This document shows, piece after piece, positions 12,211 through 21,823 of a stretch of DNA of 64,000 nucleotides (within the stretch, counting starts at the first letter, position 1; the number at the start of each line of letters is the position of its first letter). Position numbers and translations under genes: made by a program. This stretch comes from Spirochaetales bacterium (GTDB lineage: Bacteria; Spirochaetota; Spirochaetia; SZUA-6; RPPD01): NCBI GenBank assembly GCA_016934415.1, contig JAFGSW010000039.1, positions 4,224 to 68,223 of the forward strand, in the 5' to 3' direction. The notes under the pieces are model-generated. The model was not told where the DNA came from and ran no database searches. It saw nothing but the letters and a program-made list of their open reading frames with translations.

Positions 12211-12363
12211 CACGGATAGGGAATGGGTAAAAAGTTATTCGGTGAAAAAAACTATATTCGGCCTTTTTATATTTTTTTAAAATATAACATGAATTACGAT
12301 GTTCTTTTTTGTTTCCTCTTCTCCACATCCGTGTGATCCGTCCGATCCGTGTTATCCGTGGTT
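12180..12363. repeat. Bipartite inverted-repeat element, empty type (184 bp)
   Basis: Left AACCACGGATGGGCACGGATTGGACGGATAACACGGAT; right ATCCGTGTGATCCGTCCGATCCGTGTTATCCGTGGTT. Confidence 0.88.
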
Positions 12364-12399
12364 CTCTTTTAGGAAGTTGAGTCTTCATGACAAGCAGAG

Positions 12400-12942
12400 C
12401 TAAACGAACAAGTCGGCCATCCGGACCCCGCCCTCCCGGCGCGCTTTCTCCCGGGCGATCTCCCTCTTCGTGTCCATCTCCATCTGGTAGGCCTTGGCCG
12501 CCACCTGCATGTCGGCGCCCGATGGATCGCCGGGCGCGAAGGCGGCGTTGATGATCGCCTGCGCCCTGCGCAGGGTGGCTTCGGGATCGCCGGGCACGGG
12601 CTGGAGGTTGACCGGGATCGATCCGCCCACCGCGTACATGTTCCCGTCCGGTCCCATCACGTAATCGTACTGCACCGGTCCGGCCGCGTTTCCCCCCATG
12701 GCCGCCAGGTGCGCGGCCTCGTGCGCCTTTACCTCGCCGTCGATCGCCTGCAGGCGGGTGAGCCGCGCCCGCTCGGCCAGATCGACCGGCCGGTCGTCGC
12801 GCGGACGCGCGTTTCGCGCTGCCTGAGTTCGGGATGAACGGAGACGCGAGTATTCGAGGAGCATGCTCAGGGCGCCCTTGCGGGCCGTGGTCGAACTGGA
12901 AGGTGAGGCGTTCAGGTTTCCGCGCGCTTCGATCATCGGCAT
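12400..12942 (-). CDS. SprA-related family protein
   Basis: DGEVKAHEAAH...GPDGNMYAVGG...AFAPGDPSGADMQVA pattern; start uncertain. Confidence 0.75.
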   Translation of the reverse strand: MPMIEARGNLNASPSSSTTARKGALSMLLEYSRLRSSRTQAARNARPRDDRPVDLAERARLTRLQAIDGEVKAHEAAHLAAMGGNAAGPVQYDYVMGPDGNMYAVGGSIPVNLQPVPGDPEATLRRAQAIINAAFAPGDPSGADMQVAAKAYQMEMDTKREIAREKARREGGVRMADLFV

Positions 12943-13061
12943 CGGTCTCCTCGAACGGGCGGGGAACAACTCCCCGCTGCAAGCTTCGTCCCCGGCGTCG
13001 GGAATCAAAACTGCTTACATCTATAATAAACGCCTTTTCCAAGGCAGTTTAAAACCACCCG

Positions 13062-13595
13062 CTAAATATCCAGCAGCTTCGCGTCCTCCCCCTCGTCCAT
13101 GAACTCCGGGAAGGTGTACACCACCGTGCCGGATTGCCGTACCCTCATTTCGATGAATCCCTTGGCCGCGAGCTCTTCCAGATTTTTCTTCGCCTCCCTG
13201 ATGGGGATGTTGCCCTCCAGCGCCACTTCTCCCGGCGTCACCAGGCCCTTGTTTTTCTTGGCCGTGCGCAGGATCACCTGCTCGGGCGATTCCTTCTCCC
13301 GCTTGACCCGCGCCTTCATCGCCTTGAGCTCGGGGATGACGCTGTCGTGCGCGAGGACGGCGTGGTATTTCGCTTCCATGTTGGCTTCGCGGATCTGGGG
13401 AGGGAGGGTGAGAAGATCGTAGAAGGCAAGAATGTGCCCCAGGCCGGGAATAAAGCGGAGCCAGGTGCCCACTCCGTATTTCTTCATGTAGAGGCGATGA
13501 AAACCGGGGAAGCCGATATAAAAACCGAGCGCCAGCAGAATATACGCGAAACCGATGTTGAGATCGCCTTCTCCGTGTCTCCGGTAACGGCTCAT
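13062..13595 (-). CDS. TM2-domain membrane protein with probable C-terminal winged helix
   Basis: AYILL...GFHRLY TM2 signature. Confidence 0.7.
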   Translation of the reverse strand: MSRYRRHGEGDLNIGFAYILLALGFYIGFPGFHRLYMKKYGVGTWLRFIPGLGHILAFYDLLTLPPQIREANMEAKYHAVLAHDSVIPELKAMKARVKREKESPEQVILRTAKKNKGLVTPGEVALEGNIPIREAKKNLEELAAKGFIEMRVRQSGTVVYTFPEFMDEGEDAKLLDI

Positions 13596-13693
13596 CTGAA
13601 GAATCCCGCCTCTCGTTTTTTTTCAATATAGCTTTCCCGAAAAAGAAAAGCAACAGGCACGGCCCGCCGTCAAGGTATGGTGAAGGAGGATCC

Positions 13694-15241
13694 ATGCTGT
13701 CCAATATCGCGAGCCACGCACTGGTGGGCCTCGAGGGCGAGATTATTTCCGTGGAGGTCGATATCAGGCGCGGCATGCCGGGCATCGACATGGTCGGGCT
13801 GCCGGACAACGCGATGCGCGAGGCCAAGGAACGCGTGCGCGTCGCCATCAGGAACTCAGGCTTCGAATTCCCCCACGACCGGATCCTGGTGAGCCTCGCC
13901 CCGGCCGGGATGCGCAAGGGCGGCGCCTCGTTCGACCTGCCCATTGCGCTGGGCATTCTCGCCGCTTCGGGCCAAGTCGACCTGCCCGCGGGTTGTCCAC
14001 CGCTCGTTCTGGGCGAGCTCAACTTGAGCGGACGGGTGCGGCCCATCCACGGTGTCATCGCGGCGGTAGAGCACGGGCTGGGCCGGAAGCTTGAGGATTT
14101 TCTCATCCCGGCCGACAACCTGACCGAAGCGCGCATCCTGGGGCGGGGAAACGTGTGCGGCATCACCGACCTGGCCCAGGCCGCGCTCCTCTTGACGAGC
14201 GGCTTCGCGGAAGGCCGTATGCCCGAACCCGGGGAATCCGCCCCGCCGGAGAGCCCGCCGCAGGAGGCGTACGGGGACCTGGCCGACCTCAAGGGCCACC
14301 TCGTGCTCAAGCGCGCGCTCGAGATCGCAGTGGCCGGACGCCACCATCTCCTCCTCTTCGGACCGCCGGGGAGCGGCAAGACGATGGCCGCCCGGCGCCT
14401 GCCGGGCATTCTGCCGCCGCTCTCCGCCGAGGAGTCGCTCGAGGTGACGCGCATTCACTCGGTGGCGGGTACGCTCGACAACGGCGGTCGCCTCATCACC
14501 CGGCCTCCCTTCCGGGCGCCGCACCATTCCGCCTCCCTGGAAGGCGTGATCGGCGGCGGCAAGTGGTGCCGGCCGGGAGAGGTCTCACTGGCTCACCGCG
14601 GCGTATTGTTTCTCGACGAGGCGCCCGAATTCCGGCGCGGGCTCATGCAGTCCCTGCGCGAGCCGATCGAGCAGCAATCGGTCACGATCGTGCGCGCAGA
14701 CCAGAAGGTGAGCTTCCCCTCGTCTTTCCAGCTCGTGCTCACCGCCAATCCCTGTCCCTGCGGCAACCTCGGTCGGCAGGATAAGGTCTGCCTCTGCAGC
14801 CCGGAGGAGGTCAACCGCTACTGGCGGCGCCTGGGCGGCGCGCTTCTCGACCGGGTGGATATCCGCGTGCCGGTGAAGCCGGTGAGGGCCTACGATCTTA
14901 CCGGGAGCCGGACTGAGTCGAGTGACGAGGTGCGCGAACGGATCGAGCGCGTCGCGGCCGTGCAGGCCGAGCGGTACCGCGGGCTGTCGTTTTCCCGCAA
15001 CGGCCAGCTTCCCGCCGGCCTCATCGAAAAATACTGCCCGCTCGACGGCGAGACGCTCTCGCTGCTTTCCCGGGCCGTGGAAAAACTCTCGCTCTCGTCG
15101 CGCGCCTTCCATTCCATCCTGAAGATCGCGCGCACCATCGCCGACCTCGAGGGGGAGGAGAAGATCGGGAAGGAGGCGCTCCTCGAGGCCGTCCAGCACC
15201 GCCGTTACGGGGAGGAGAACGCGTTCTGGGGGTACGGTTGA
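13694..15241 (+). CDS. comM: YifB/ComM Mg-chelatase-like AAA+ ATPase
   Basis: VGLPD..EAKERVR, GPPGSGKTM, PFRAPHH, PGEVSLAHRGVLFLDE, NPCPCG, ARTIADL. Confidence 0.92.
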   Translation: MLSNIASHALVGLEGEIISVEVDIRRGMPGIDMVGLPDNAMREAKERVRVAIRNSGFEFPHDRILVSLAPAGMRKGGASFDLPIALGILAASGQVDLPAGCPPLVLGELNLSGRVRPIHGVIAAVEHGLGRKLEDFLIPADNLTEARILGRGNVCGITDLAQAALLLTSGFAEGRMPEPGESAPPESPPQEAYGDLADLKGHLVLKRALEIAVAGRHHLLLFGPPGSGKTMAARRLPGILPPLSAEESLEVTRIHSVAGTLDNGGRLITRPPFRAPHHSASLEGVIGGGKWCRPGEVSLAHRGVLFLDEAPEFRRGLMQSLREPIEQQSVTIVRADQKVSFPSSFQLVLTANPCPCGNLGRQDKVCLCSPEEVNRYWRRLGGALLDRVDIRVPVKPVRAYDLTGSRTESSDEVRERIERVAAVQAERYRGLSFSRNGQLPAGLIEKYCPLDGETLSLLSRAVEKLSLSSRAFHSILKIARTIADLEGEEKIGKEALLEAVQHRRYGEENAFWGYG

Positions 15242-15291
15242 AAAATCCGGCAGGTGACGGAAAGGAGGAGAAGCGACTACCGATTTTTTCC

Positions 15292-15344
15292 TTGACAGAG
15301 TGCTTCTTTCCTCGTACTTTAAAAAATGAAAACCATTACCATTT
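15292..15344 (+). promoter_or_regulatory. Sigma70-like promoter with overlapping Fur-like operator
   Basis: TTGACA(15292)-17 bp-TACTTT followed by AATGAAAACCATTACCATTT. Confidence 0.6.
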
Positions 15345-15366
15345 ACTGGAAAGAAAGGATAAAAAT

Positions 15367-15747
15367 ATGACGGAAGGCAGAGTGGCTGTTCCCAGCCTGG
15401 GGAAGGGCGGTTTGGAGTGCCGGCGTTCCGGGCATTTCGGGCATTGCGACGCGTTTACTATCGTTGATATTAAGGAAGGAAAGATCGACGGAGTGTCGGC
15501 GATTCCCAACGCGGAGCATTCCCAGGGAGGCTGCCTGGTACCGGTCGATCTCCTGGCCGCGCAGAAGGTAAACGCCTTGATCGCCGGAGGAATGGGCATG
15601 CGGCCGCTCATGGGCTTCCAGGATGCCGGGATCGACGTGTACTTCGACTCGGCGAATCCGGGCGTGAAGGAAGCCGTGGAAGCCTTATTGGCGGGATCAC
15701 TCGAGAAAATGACCGAAAACCACGTGTGCGGGGGCGGCCACCATTAA
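15367..15747 (+). CDS. NifB/NifX family (FeMo-co-binding domain) protein 1
   Basis: SGHFGHCDAF, GGMGMRP, C-terminal CGGGHH. Confidence 0.85.
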   Translation: MTEGRVAVPSLGKGGLECRRSGHFGHCDAFTIVDIKEGKIDGVSAIPNAEHSQGGCLVPVDLLAAQKVNALIAGGMGMRPLMGFQDAGIDVYFDSANPGVKEAVEALLAGSLEKMTENHVCGGGHH

Positions 15748-15832
15748 CGATACTTGCACAAGGAGCCTCTTCGGGACCGGTACGGCTGCCGCGGGGAGAA
15801 TCCTATAAGTAATAAACTATGAGGAGTTTTCT

Positions 15833-16513
15833 ATGGACGAGCAAGCGAAGACGTACGCCATGCCGCTGATAGGCGATCCGGCCCCGGCCTTCAAGGCCAA
15901 AACGACACAGGGAGAAATCAATTTTCCCGACGATTTCAAAGGCAAATGGGTTATTCTCTTCAGCCATCCGGCCGATTTCACCCCCGTCTGCACCACCGAG
16001 TTCATGACTTTTGCGACCATGCAGGCGGATTTGAGAAAAATAAACACTGAACTTATCGGTCTTTCCATCGACAGTCTCTATGCCCACATCGCGTGGCTCA
16101 GAACCATCAAGGAGAAGATCGAATACAAGGGCATGAAAAACGTCGAAGTGAATTTCCCCTTGATTGAGGATATCAAGATGGAAGTCGCGAAAACGTACGG
16201 TATGCTCCAGCCCGGAGCCTCCACCACCCAGGCGGTACGAGCCGTTTTCATCATCGATCCGGCGGCCAAGGTGCGGGCCATTCTCTACTACCCGCTTTCT
16301 TGCGGTCGGAATATGGACGAAATCAAGCGCCTGATTCTGGCCATGCAGAAGGCGGACAAGGACAACGTGGCCACCCCGGCCAACTGGCAGCCGGGCGACG
16401 ACGTCATCATTCCGCCGCCCGGTTCCTGCGGCACGGCCAAGGAGCGGGTGGAGAAGAAGGAAGAGGGAAAATACTGCCTCGACTGGTTCATGTGTTTTAA
16501 GAAAGACAAGTAG
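15833..16513 (+). CDS. Peroxiredoxin (Prx6/archaeal TDXH type)
   Basis: FSHPADFTPVCTTE, GRNMDEI, TPANWQPG, C-terminal CLDWFMC. Confidence 0.92.
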   Translation: MDEQAKTYAMPLIGDPAPAFKAKTTQGEINFPDDFKGKWVILFSHPADFTPVCTTEFMTFATMQADLRKINTELIGLSIDSLYAHIAWLRTIKEKIEYKGMKNVEVNFPLIEDIKMEVAKTYGMLQPGASTTQAVRAVFIIDPAAKVRAILYYPLSCGRNMDEIKRLILAMQKADKDNVATPANWQPGDDVIIPPPGSCGTAKERVEKKEEGKYCLDWFMCFKKDK

Positions 16514-16641
16514 TCGGTTGACGCAATGGCGGCCGCCGCGACCCCCTCGCCGGCACGGCGGCCGACCATTCGTCGGCGTTTCCGGTCCTCGGAGGAATCG
16601 GAGAACAATATGTCATCCGATGTTGTCGCTTCCGCTTAGAA

Positions 16642-17157
16642 TTATGCACCCCTGCGCGTCGCTCTTCCTATGCGATTTTTTAAAAATCGCCAGAGTCCCA
16701 GGGGAAGATTGAAGCCGGGCACTTCTTTCATATACGTTCGGTACTCATCGCCGAATTTTTCGATGCCGTCCCTGTCCGCGCCGACGATGCTTGCGATTCC
16801 CAGGATGAAGGCGGGAACGCCCAGTGCGATGACGATCCAATGCTGGGAAAGGAGGGCCAGCGCCGTCGGGATGAGCGGCATGCAGAGAAACTGCGGGTGG
16901 CGGACGATGCCGAAAATACCGCGTGTCACCAGCCGCGTGGTCTTCATGTAGCTTTCGCCCTTGTGAACGCCGCCGTACAGTTTAAGCGTCACGATGGGAA
17001 GCACTCCCAAAAGACAGCACAATGCCCACAGGCAATGCCCGAGAATCCGCAGCACTGGGATTCCGGGAACCGAAAAAAAGAACAAGAGAACGATTTGCCC
17101 CACCATCAAGAGCCCGGCGATCAAGGAGACGAGGAATGAAGTCTTTCGTCGATCCAT
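16642..17157 (-). CDS. Isoprenylcysteine carboxyl methyltransferase/PEMT-family membrane protein
   Basis: LVTRGIFGIVRHPQF, FGDEYRTYMKEVP. Confidence 0.8.
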   Translation of the reverse strand: MDRRKTSFLVSLIAGLLMVGQIVLLFFFSVPGIPVLRILGHCLWALCCLLGVLPIVTLKLYGGVHKGESYMKTTRLVTRGIFGIVRHPQFLCMPLIPTALALLSQHWIVIALGVPAFILGIASIVGADRDGIEKFGDEYRTYMKEVPGFNLPLGLWRFLKNRIGRATRRGA

Positions 17158-17213
17158 ACGACTTCCCTTTCCGGCCGGTACGGAAACGAACACGGCGTCC
17201 CGTCCATTCGCCC

Positions 17214-17246
17214 CTTCCCGCAGCCGCGGCCGTCGGCTGCGGGAAG
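17214..17246. terminator. Strong GC hairpin downstream of the DAHP synthase gene (no clear U-tract)
   Basis: CTTCCCGCAGCCG-7 nt loop-CGGCTGCGGGAAG, 13-bp perfect stem. Confidence 0.35.
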
Positions 17247-17352
17247 CCCCTGCGTCTCTTTTTCGCCGCCGGAGCAGCGGCGCGTATTTACCGGCGAAGG
17301 TGTGCAAGTGCGATGATCCGGAATACGTCTATATGCGGTTCCTTATCCGGTT

Positions 17353-18423
17353 TCACGGGCGGTCGGCGGCCATGCCGGCGCCTTTCAGTTCTGCATACGC
17401 TTCATTCAATAATTGCTCCGTTTCCTCCCACCCAATACACGCGTCCGTAATCGATTGTCCGTAGGTAAGCGCGGACGGATCGCCCTTCGGTTTTTGCGCC
17501 CCTTCCTTGAGATTGCTTTCGAGCATGAAGCCGACGATCGAGGTCCGGCCTTCCGCCCTCTGGCGGATGACGGAGGAAAGAACGCGCCTCTGGCGCGCCG
17601 GCTGTTTCCCCGAATTGCCGTGGCTGCAGTCGATGATGACCGCCGGGTCGACGCCGAGGTCGAAGATCGATTTCTCCGCCAGTTCGACCGTCTCTTCATG
17701 ATAGTTGGGGCCGGCCGTTCCGCCCCGCAAAATCAGGTGCGCCAGCTCATTGCCCGCCGTGGCCAGGATCGTCGTGCGGCCCTCCTCGTCTATCCCCAGG
17801 AAATGCTGCGGATGACGGGCCGATTCCATGGCGTTCAAGGCCGGCTTCAGGTCGCCGGACGTCGCGTTCTTGAATCCGACCGGCATGGAGAGACCGCTCG
17901 CCATCTCGCGGTGCTTCTGGCTCTCGGTGGTGCGCGCGCCCACGGACGCCCAGCTGATGAGGTCGGCGATGTACTGCGGAATGATCGGGTCGAGCATTTC
18001 CGTGCCGCAGGGCAGGCCGAGGGCGGTGACGTCAAGGAGGAGTTTTCTCGCCAGCCGAAGGCCGGTTTCAATGTCGAAACTTCCGTCGAGCCGGGGATCG
18101 GTGATGAGCCCCTTCCAGCCCATTACCGTGCGCGGCTTTTCGAAATACGTCCGCATGACGACGACCATCCGGTCGCGGACGCGTTCGCCCAGTGGCGCGA
18201 GCCTGAGCGCGTAATCGAGCGCCGCCTTCGGGTCGTGGATCGAGCAGGGACCGACCACGGCGAGGAGGCGGGGGTCCTCGCGGCGGAGGATGCGCGCGAT
18301 CATATCACGGCTTTCCGTCACGGTCCGGTTGCTTTTCTCGGTCATGGGCAATTCGCGTTTGAGGAGCGCGGGGGAGAGGAGCGTCCGGCTGCCGGTGATA
18401 CGGAGATCGCTGGTCGGCTTCAT
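17353..18423 (-). CDS. aroF: 3-deoxy-7-phosphoheptulonate (DAHP) synthase, class I alpha
   Basis: VGPCSIHD, YFEKPRT.GWKG, GARTTESQ.HRE, GFKN, DCSHGNS, SITDACIGW; aroF/G/H isoform not distinguishable. Confidence 0.92.
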   Translation of the reverse strand: MKPTSDLRITGSRTLLSPALLKRELPMTEKSNRTVTESRDMIARILRREDPRLLAVVGPCSIHDPKAALDYALRLAPLGERVRDRMVVVMRTYFEKPRTVMGWKGLITDPRLDGSFDIETGLRLARKLLLDVTALGLPCGTEMLDPIIPQYIADLISWASVGARTTESQKHREMASGLSMPVGFKNATSGDLKPALNAMESARHPQHFLGIDEEGRTTILATAGNELAHLILRGGTAGPNYHEETVELAEKSIFDLGVDPAVIIDCSHGNSGKQPARQRRVLSSVIRQRAEGRTSIVGFMLESNLKEGAQKPKGDPSALTYGQSITDACIGWEETEQLLNEAYAELKGAGMAADRP

Positions 18424-19244
18424 GAGGCGCCTCCCGGAAAGGCGGTGATCTTTTCGACGATGTCGTTCATGATTTTTCCGGCCTCCGCGTCCTTCAAGCC
18501 GTGAATGAAAGGGGTGCCCGCGTCCCCGTGCGCGGCCAGCTTCGCCTCGAGGGGTATCCGGCCCAGGAAAGGCACTCCGAAATCTGCCGCCGCCCGCTCC
18601 CCGCCGCCGGTCCCGAAGAGGTTGGTGACGTTGCCGCAGTGCGGGCAGACGAAGCCGCTCATGTTTTCGATGACGCCGATGACGGGCACCTTGAGCTGCC
18701 TGGCGAAGGAGACGGTCTTGCGCGCGTCGAGCACGGCCACGTCCTGCGGGGTGGTGACGACGATCGCTCCGGTGACGTTGGGGATGAGTTGGCAGGCGCT
18801 CAGGGGCTCGTCGCCCGTGCCGGGGGGGGAATCGATGACGAGGTAGTCGAGCTCGCCCCAGTTGACGTCGCTCAAGAATTGCTTGATGACGCCCATTTTC
18901 ATCGGTCCGCGCCAGATGATGGGGCTGTCGCGGTCTTCCATGAGCAGGGCGATGCTCATCGCCTTGAGGTTGGGGAGAACGGGGAACGGCTCCAGCCCCT
19001 CCGCCCCGCCGGGGATCGTCTCCCCTTCCACGCCGAGCATCTTGGCGATGTTGGGGCCGTGGAGGTCGATGTCCATGATCCCGACGGAAAGCCCCTTCAG
19101 GGCGAGACCGACCGCCAGGTTGATGGAGACGGTCGTTTTTCCCACGCCGCCCTTGCCGCTCAGGACGATGATCGTATGCTTGATGCGCTTCAGGGTTTTC
19201 TCAAGGCGCATGTCCTGCTCGCGTTGTTCCGTTGTTTTCTCCAT
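18420..19244 (-). CDS. mrp: Mrp/NBP35 (ApbC) Fe-S cluster carrier ATPase
   Basis: SGKGGVGKTT, WRGPM, DSPPGTGDE, ENMSGFVCPHCG. Confidence 0.92.
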   Translation of the reverse strand: MEKTTEQREQDMRLEKTLKRIKHTIIVLSGKGGVGKTTVSINLAVGLALKGLSVGIMDIDLHGPNIAKMLGVEGETIPGGAEGLEPFPVLPNLKAMSIALLMEDRDSPIIWRGPMKMGVIKQFLSDVNWGELDYLVIDSPPGTGDEPLSACQLIPNVTGAIVVTTPQDVAVLDARKTVSFARQLKVPVIGVIENMSGFVCPHCGNVTNLFGTGGGERAAADFGVPFLGRIPLEAKLAAHGDAGTPFIHGLKDAEAGKIMNDIVEKITAFPGGAS

Positions 19245-19255
19245 CCTATTCCCTT

Positions 19256-19624
19256 TCAATACCGGAGCAAGTAATCGGCGATCGCCTTGTGCAGGGCGCT
19301 CGCCGCCAGAATTGCGCAATGCCGGTGGTCCTCGGGCAGCCCGGCCAGCCCGTCGATGATCGCCTTCGGCGAGAGGCCGAGCGCCTCGGTTACGGTCCTG
19401 CCCTTGGCGAACTCCGTGGCGAACGAGCCGCAGGCGAACGTGGCCCCGCAGCCATCCGTTTGGAAGAGCGCGTCCGTGATGACGCCGTCCTCGACGACAA
19501 GATACATCTCCACCGTGTCCCCGCATAGTCCCTTGATCCAGGCGGCCCCGGTCGGGTCGTTCATCCGGCCCAGATTAACGGGCGCACGCGAATAACGTTC
19601 GTACGGGCTCGTTGTCGTTTCCAT
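19256..19624 (-). CDS. NifU/IscU-type Fe-S scaffold
   Basis: CGD, GCGATFAC, HCA: three conserved Cys; C-terminal part of the 19256..20596 ORF. Confidence 0.85.
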   Translation of the reverse strand: METTTSPYERYSRAPVNLGRMNDPTGAAWIKGLCGDTVEMYLVVEDGVITDALFQTDGCGATFACGSFATEFAKGRTVTEALGLSPKAIIDGLAGLPEDHRHCAILAASALHKAIADYLLRY

Positions 19625-19680
19625 AAACCGGGATCTCCCTTCGCCTTTGGTGTTGACTCTATTCGGCGATCGTTCTAATT

Positions 19681-19707
19681 TAATAAAAATGAAAACCATT
19701 TTCAATA
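19681..19707 (-). promoter_or_regulatory. Fur-like operator
   Basis: Minus strand TATTGAAAATGGTTTTCATTTTTATTA, near-identical to the palindrome at 28114. Confidence 0.7.
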
Positions 19708-19789
19708 TACAGTCAGACCCCGCTTCACCGAGACGGGTCGACGATGCTTTTCGGGACGCGCGTGGCTGTCGGCGCGGGGAAGAAAAAAA

Positions 19790-20395
19790 ATGAGAACGCC
19801 GAGGCTCATCCTGGCGTGCGTCGGCTTTCTCTGCGCGTTCGCGGAGGACGCCCCGGCTCATCCGCACGTCTTTATCGAAAATTCGTTCACGTTCATGTTC
19901 GGCGGCGGACGCCTCAAGGGGATCGCGGTCACGTGGATCTTCGACGAAATGTTCAGCGCGTCGATCATCGTGGACAATGACCGTAATCGCAACGGAAAAT
20001 TCGAGGCGCGGGAAAGCAAGGCGATCGAGGAAGGCGCCTTTTCGAACCTGAAAAACTTCAATTATTTTCTTTTCATAGATGCCGGACGCGGCCGTCTGAA
20101 GATTCAGGCGGTCAGAGACTTTCATCCTGAAATACTGGGGAAGAGGCTCGTGTATCGTTTTTTCGTGCCGTTCGACGTCGACGCGGGCGCGGCGGGGAAA
20201 ACGCTTGCGGCGGGTTGCTTCGACAGCACGTATTTCTGCGACGTGACGTACGCCGCAATCGACCCGGTGACGGTCGAGGCGGACGAATTGACGAGCGTTT
20301 CCTGGGATCTCGTGAAAGACAAGAAGAACGCCTACTGGGGCGGGACGATCGTCCCGCGGGTGGTGCGACTGAAATTCAGGTTGAAGAATGAGTAG
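19790..20395 (+). CDS. DUF1007 family periplasmic protein
   Basis: Signal peptide then AHPHVFI, W.FDEMFS, D.TYFCD; adjacent to a NicO/RcnA transporter. Confidence 0.82.
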   Translation: MRTPRLILACVGFLCAFAEDAPAHPHVFIENSFTFMFGGGRLKGIAVTWIFDEMFSASIIVDNDRNRNGKFEARESKAIEEGAFSNLKNFNYFLFIDAGRGRLKIQAVRDFHPEILGKRLVYRFFVPFDVDAGAAGKTLAAGCFDSTYFCDVTYAAIDPVTVEADELTSVSWDLVKDKKNAYWGGTIVPRVVRLKFRLKNE

Positions 20396-21305
20396 AAGAA
20401 GCGCGATGGCGGCGGTATTCTTCCTCCTCGCGATTTTCGCCGCCGCCCAGGACAACCCGTTTTTCTCGGGAAGCGAACCGACCGCGAAACCGCCCGTTTC
20501 GTCCGCGTCCGGACTTTTCCAAGATATAGTCAACGGCGTTGTCGGACTGCAGCGCGACCTGAACGCCCGCTTGTCCGAGCTTTCGCGATCGGTCACGGAA
20601 GAGGGGAACGCAGGGGTCTTTTTTATCCTCCTCGCGGCGGCCTTCGGCTATGGGTTGGTACACGCGCTGGGACCGGGACACGGAAAGGTCGTGATGGCGT
20701 CGTACGCGCTGGCCAATCCCCTCAAAGCGAAGCAGGGAGTGTTGCTCGGCGCGGGGGTCGCCGTCGTTCACACGCTGTCGGCCGTGGTGTTGGTCACGGC
20801 GCTTTACCTGATTCTGAACAGTTCGTATCAGGCCTACGGCGGGATGCCGAAAAAAATCATTACGCTCGTAGGCTACGGACTTATCGCGGGAATGGGAGCG
20901 CTGTTGCTGGTGAGGGCCGTTTTTCGTCTGCGTCGTCCGGGCAGGGGAGATGCGATATCACCGCAAACGGAGGCCCCGGCGGCGGCCGGAAAAACGCGGG
21001 AGTTGGTCCTTCCCGCCCTGCTCATGGGGATGGTCCCCTGCGAGGGAGCCGTCCTCATCCTCGTTTTTTCACTTTCCATTGACGCGTTCTGGTTGGGAAT
21101 CTGTCTGTCGGCCGTCATGTCCGCCGGGATGGCGGTCACCATTTCGGTCGTGGGCTTGCTTGCCTTGGGCGCGAAAAAAGGCACGGCGGCGTTCCTGTCA
21201 AAAAGGAAAAATGCATTGCGGATATTGACGTCGCTGGTCCAGCTGTCGGGGGCCGCGGTCATCATGATGTTCGGCGCCGCGTTGTTCGCCGGCGGCCTGT
21301 GGTAA
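20388..21305 (+). CDS. Nickel/cobalt transporter (RcnA/NicO family)
   Basis: YGLVHALGPGHGK, VHT, GMVPCEGA motifs. Confidence 0.85.
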   Translation: MSRRSAMAAVFFLLAIFAAAQDNPFFSGSEPTAKPPVSSASGLFQDIVNGVVGLQRDLNARLSELSRSVTEEGNAGVFFILLAAAFGYGLVHALGPGHGKVVMASYALANPLKAKQGVLLGAGVAVVHTLSAVVLVTALYLILNSSYQAYGGMPKKIITLVGYGLIAGMGALLLVRAVFRLRRPGRGDAISPQTEAPAAAGKTRELVLPALLMGMVPCEGAVLILVFSLSIDAFWLGICLSAVMSAGMAVTISVVGLLALGAKKGTAAFLSKRKNALRILTSLVQLSGAAVIMMFGAALFAGGLW

Positions 21306-21348
21306 TATATTTTTTCGACTGCTTCAGCGAGCAGGAGGGGGGAAGGTC

Positions 21349-21690
21349 ATGCTCAACACAAATTTAAAGCATCTTATGACTGAAGAGGACGTGGCGCGGG
21401 CGATCAAAGAGCATGCGTCCGTCATGATCTGCTGCGGCCGGATGGGACCGATGTGCATCCCCGTGTACCGGGCGATGGAGAAGCTGGAAAACCGCTATCC
21501 GCGGGTGGCGTTTCGGGACATTGATTTCGATTCTCCGGCGGCGGATGGCATCAAGGCCTTGGATGAATGCGCCGCATTTATGAGCCTGCCCTTTACGGTT
21601 TACTACAAAGAGGGGAGGGTGGCGGCGGCCACGTCCGGCATTCAGTCGGAAAAGGAAATCACGGAAAGAATCGAACGCTCTTTCCAATAA
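21349..21690 (+). CDS. Thioredoxin-fold protein with CGRMGPMC motif
   Basis: ICCGRMGPMCIPVY; cis-Pro region SLPFTVYYK. Confidence 0.75.
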   Translation: MLNTNLKHLMTEEDVARAIKEHASVMICCGRMGPMCIPVYRAMEKLENRYPRVAFRDIDFDSPAADGIKALDECAAFMSLPFTVYYKEGRVAAATSGIQSEKEITERIERSFQ

Positions 21691-21823
21691 TCCGAGGAAA
21701 TCCTCAGACAAAATTCCGCGCTTCTTCGTCGTTATGTACAAAACGGGTCGGCATTGTCGCCGACGGCCGTTGCCGCCAAAGTGAATCCCGAATGAGCGCG
21801 GATGCCTGACAGCGAGGGAGAGC

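Noticed and set aside
19625..20596. 446-aa ORF as a NifU fusion
   Set aside because: Only the last 122 aa are NifU-like; the rest is antisense to the DUF1007 and transporter genes.
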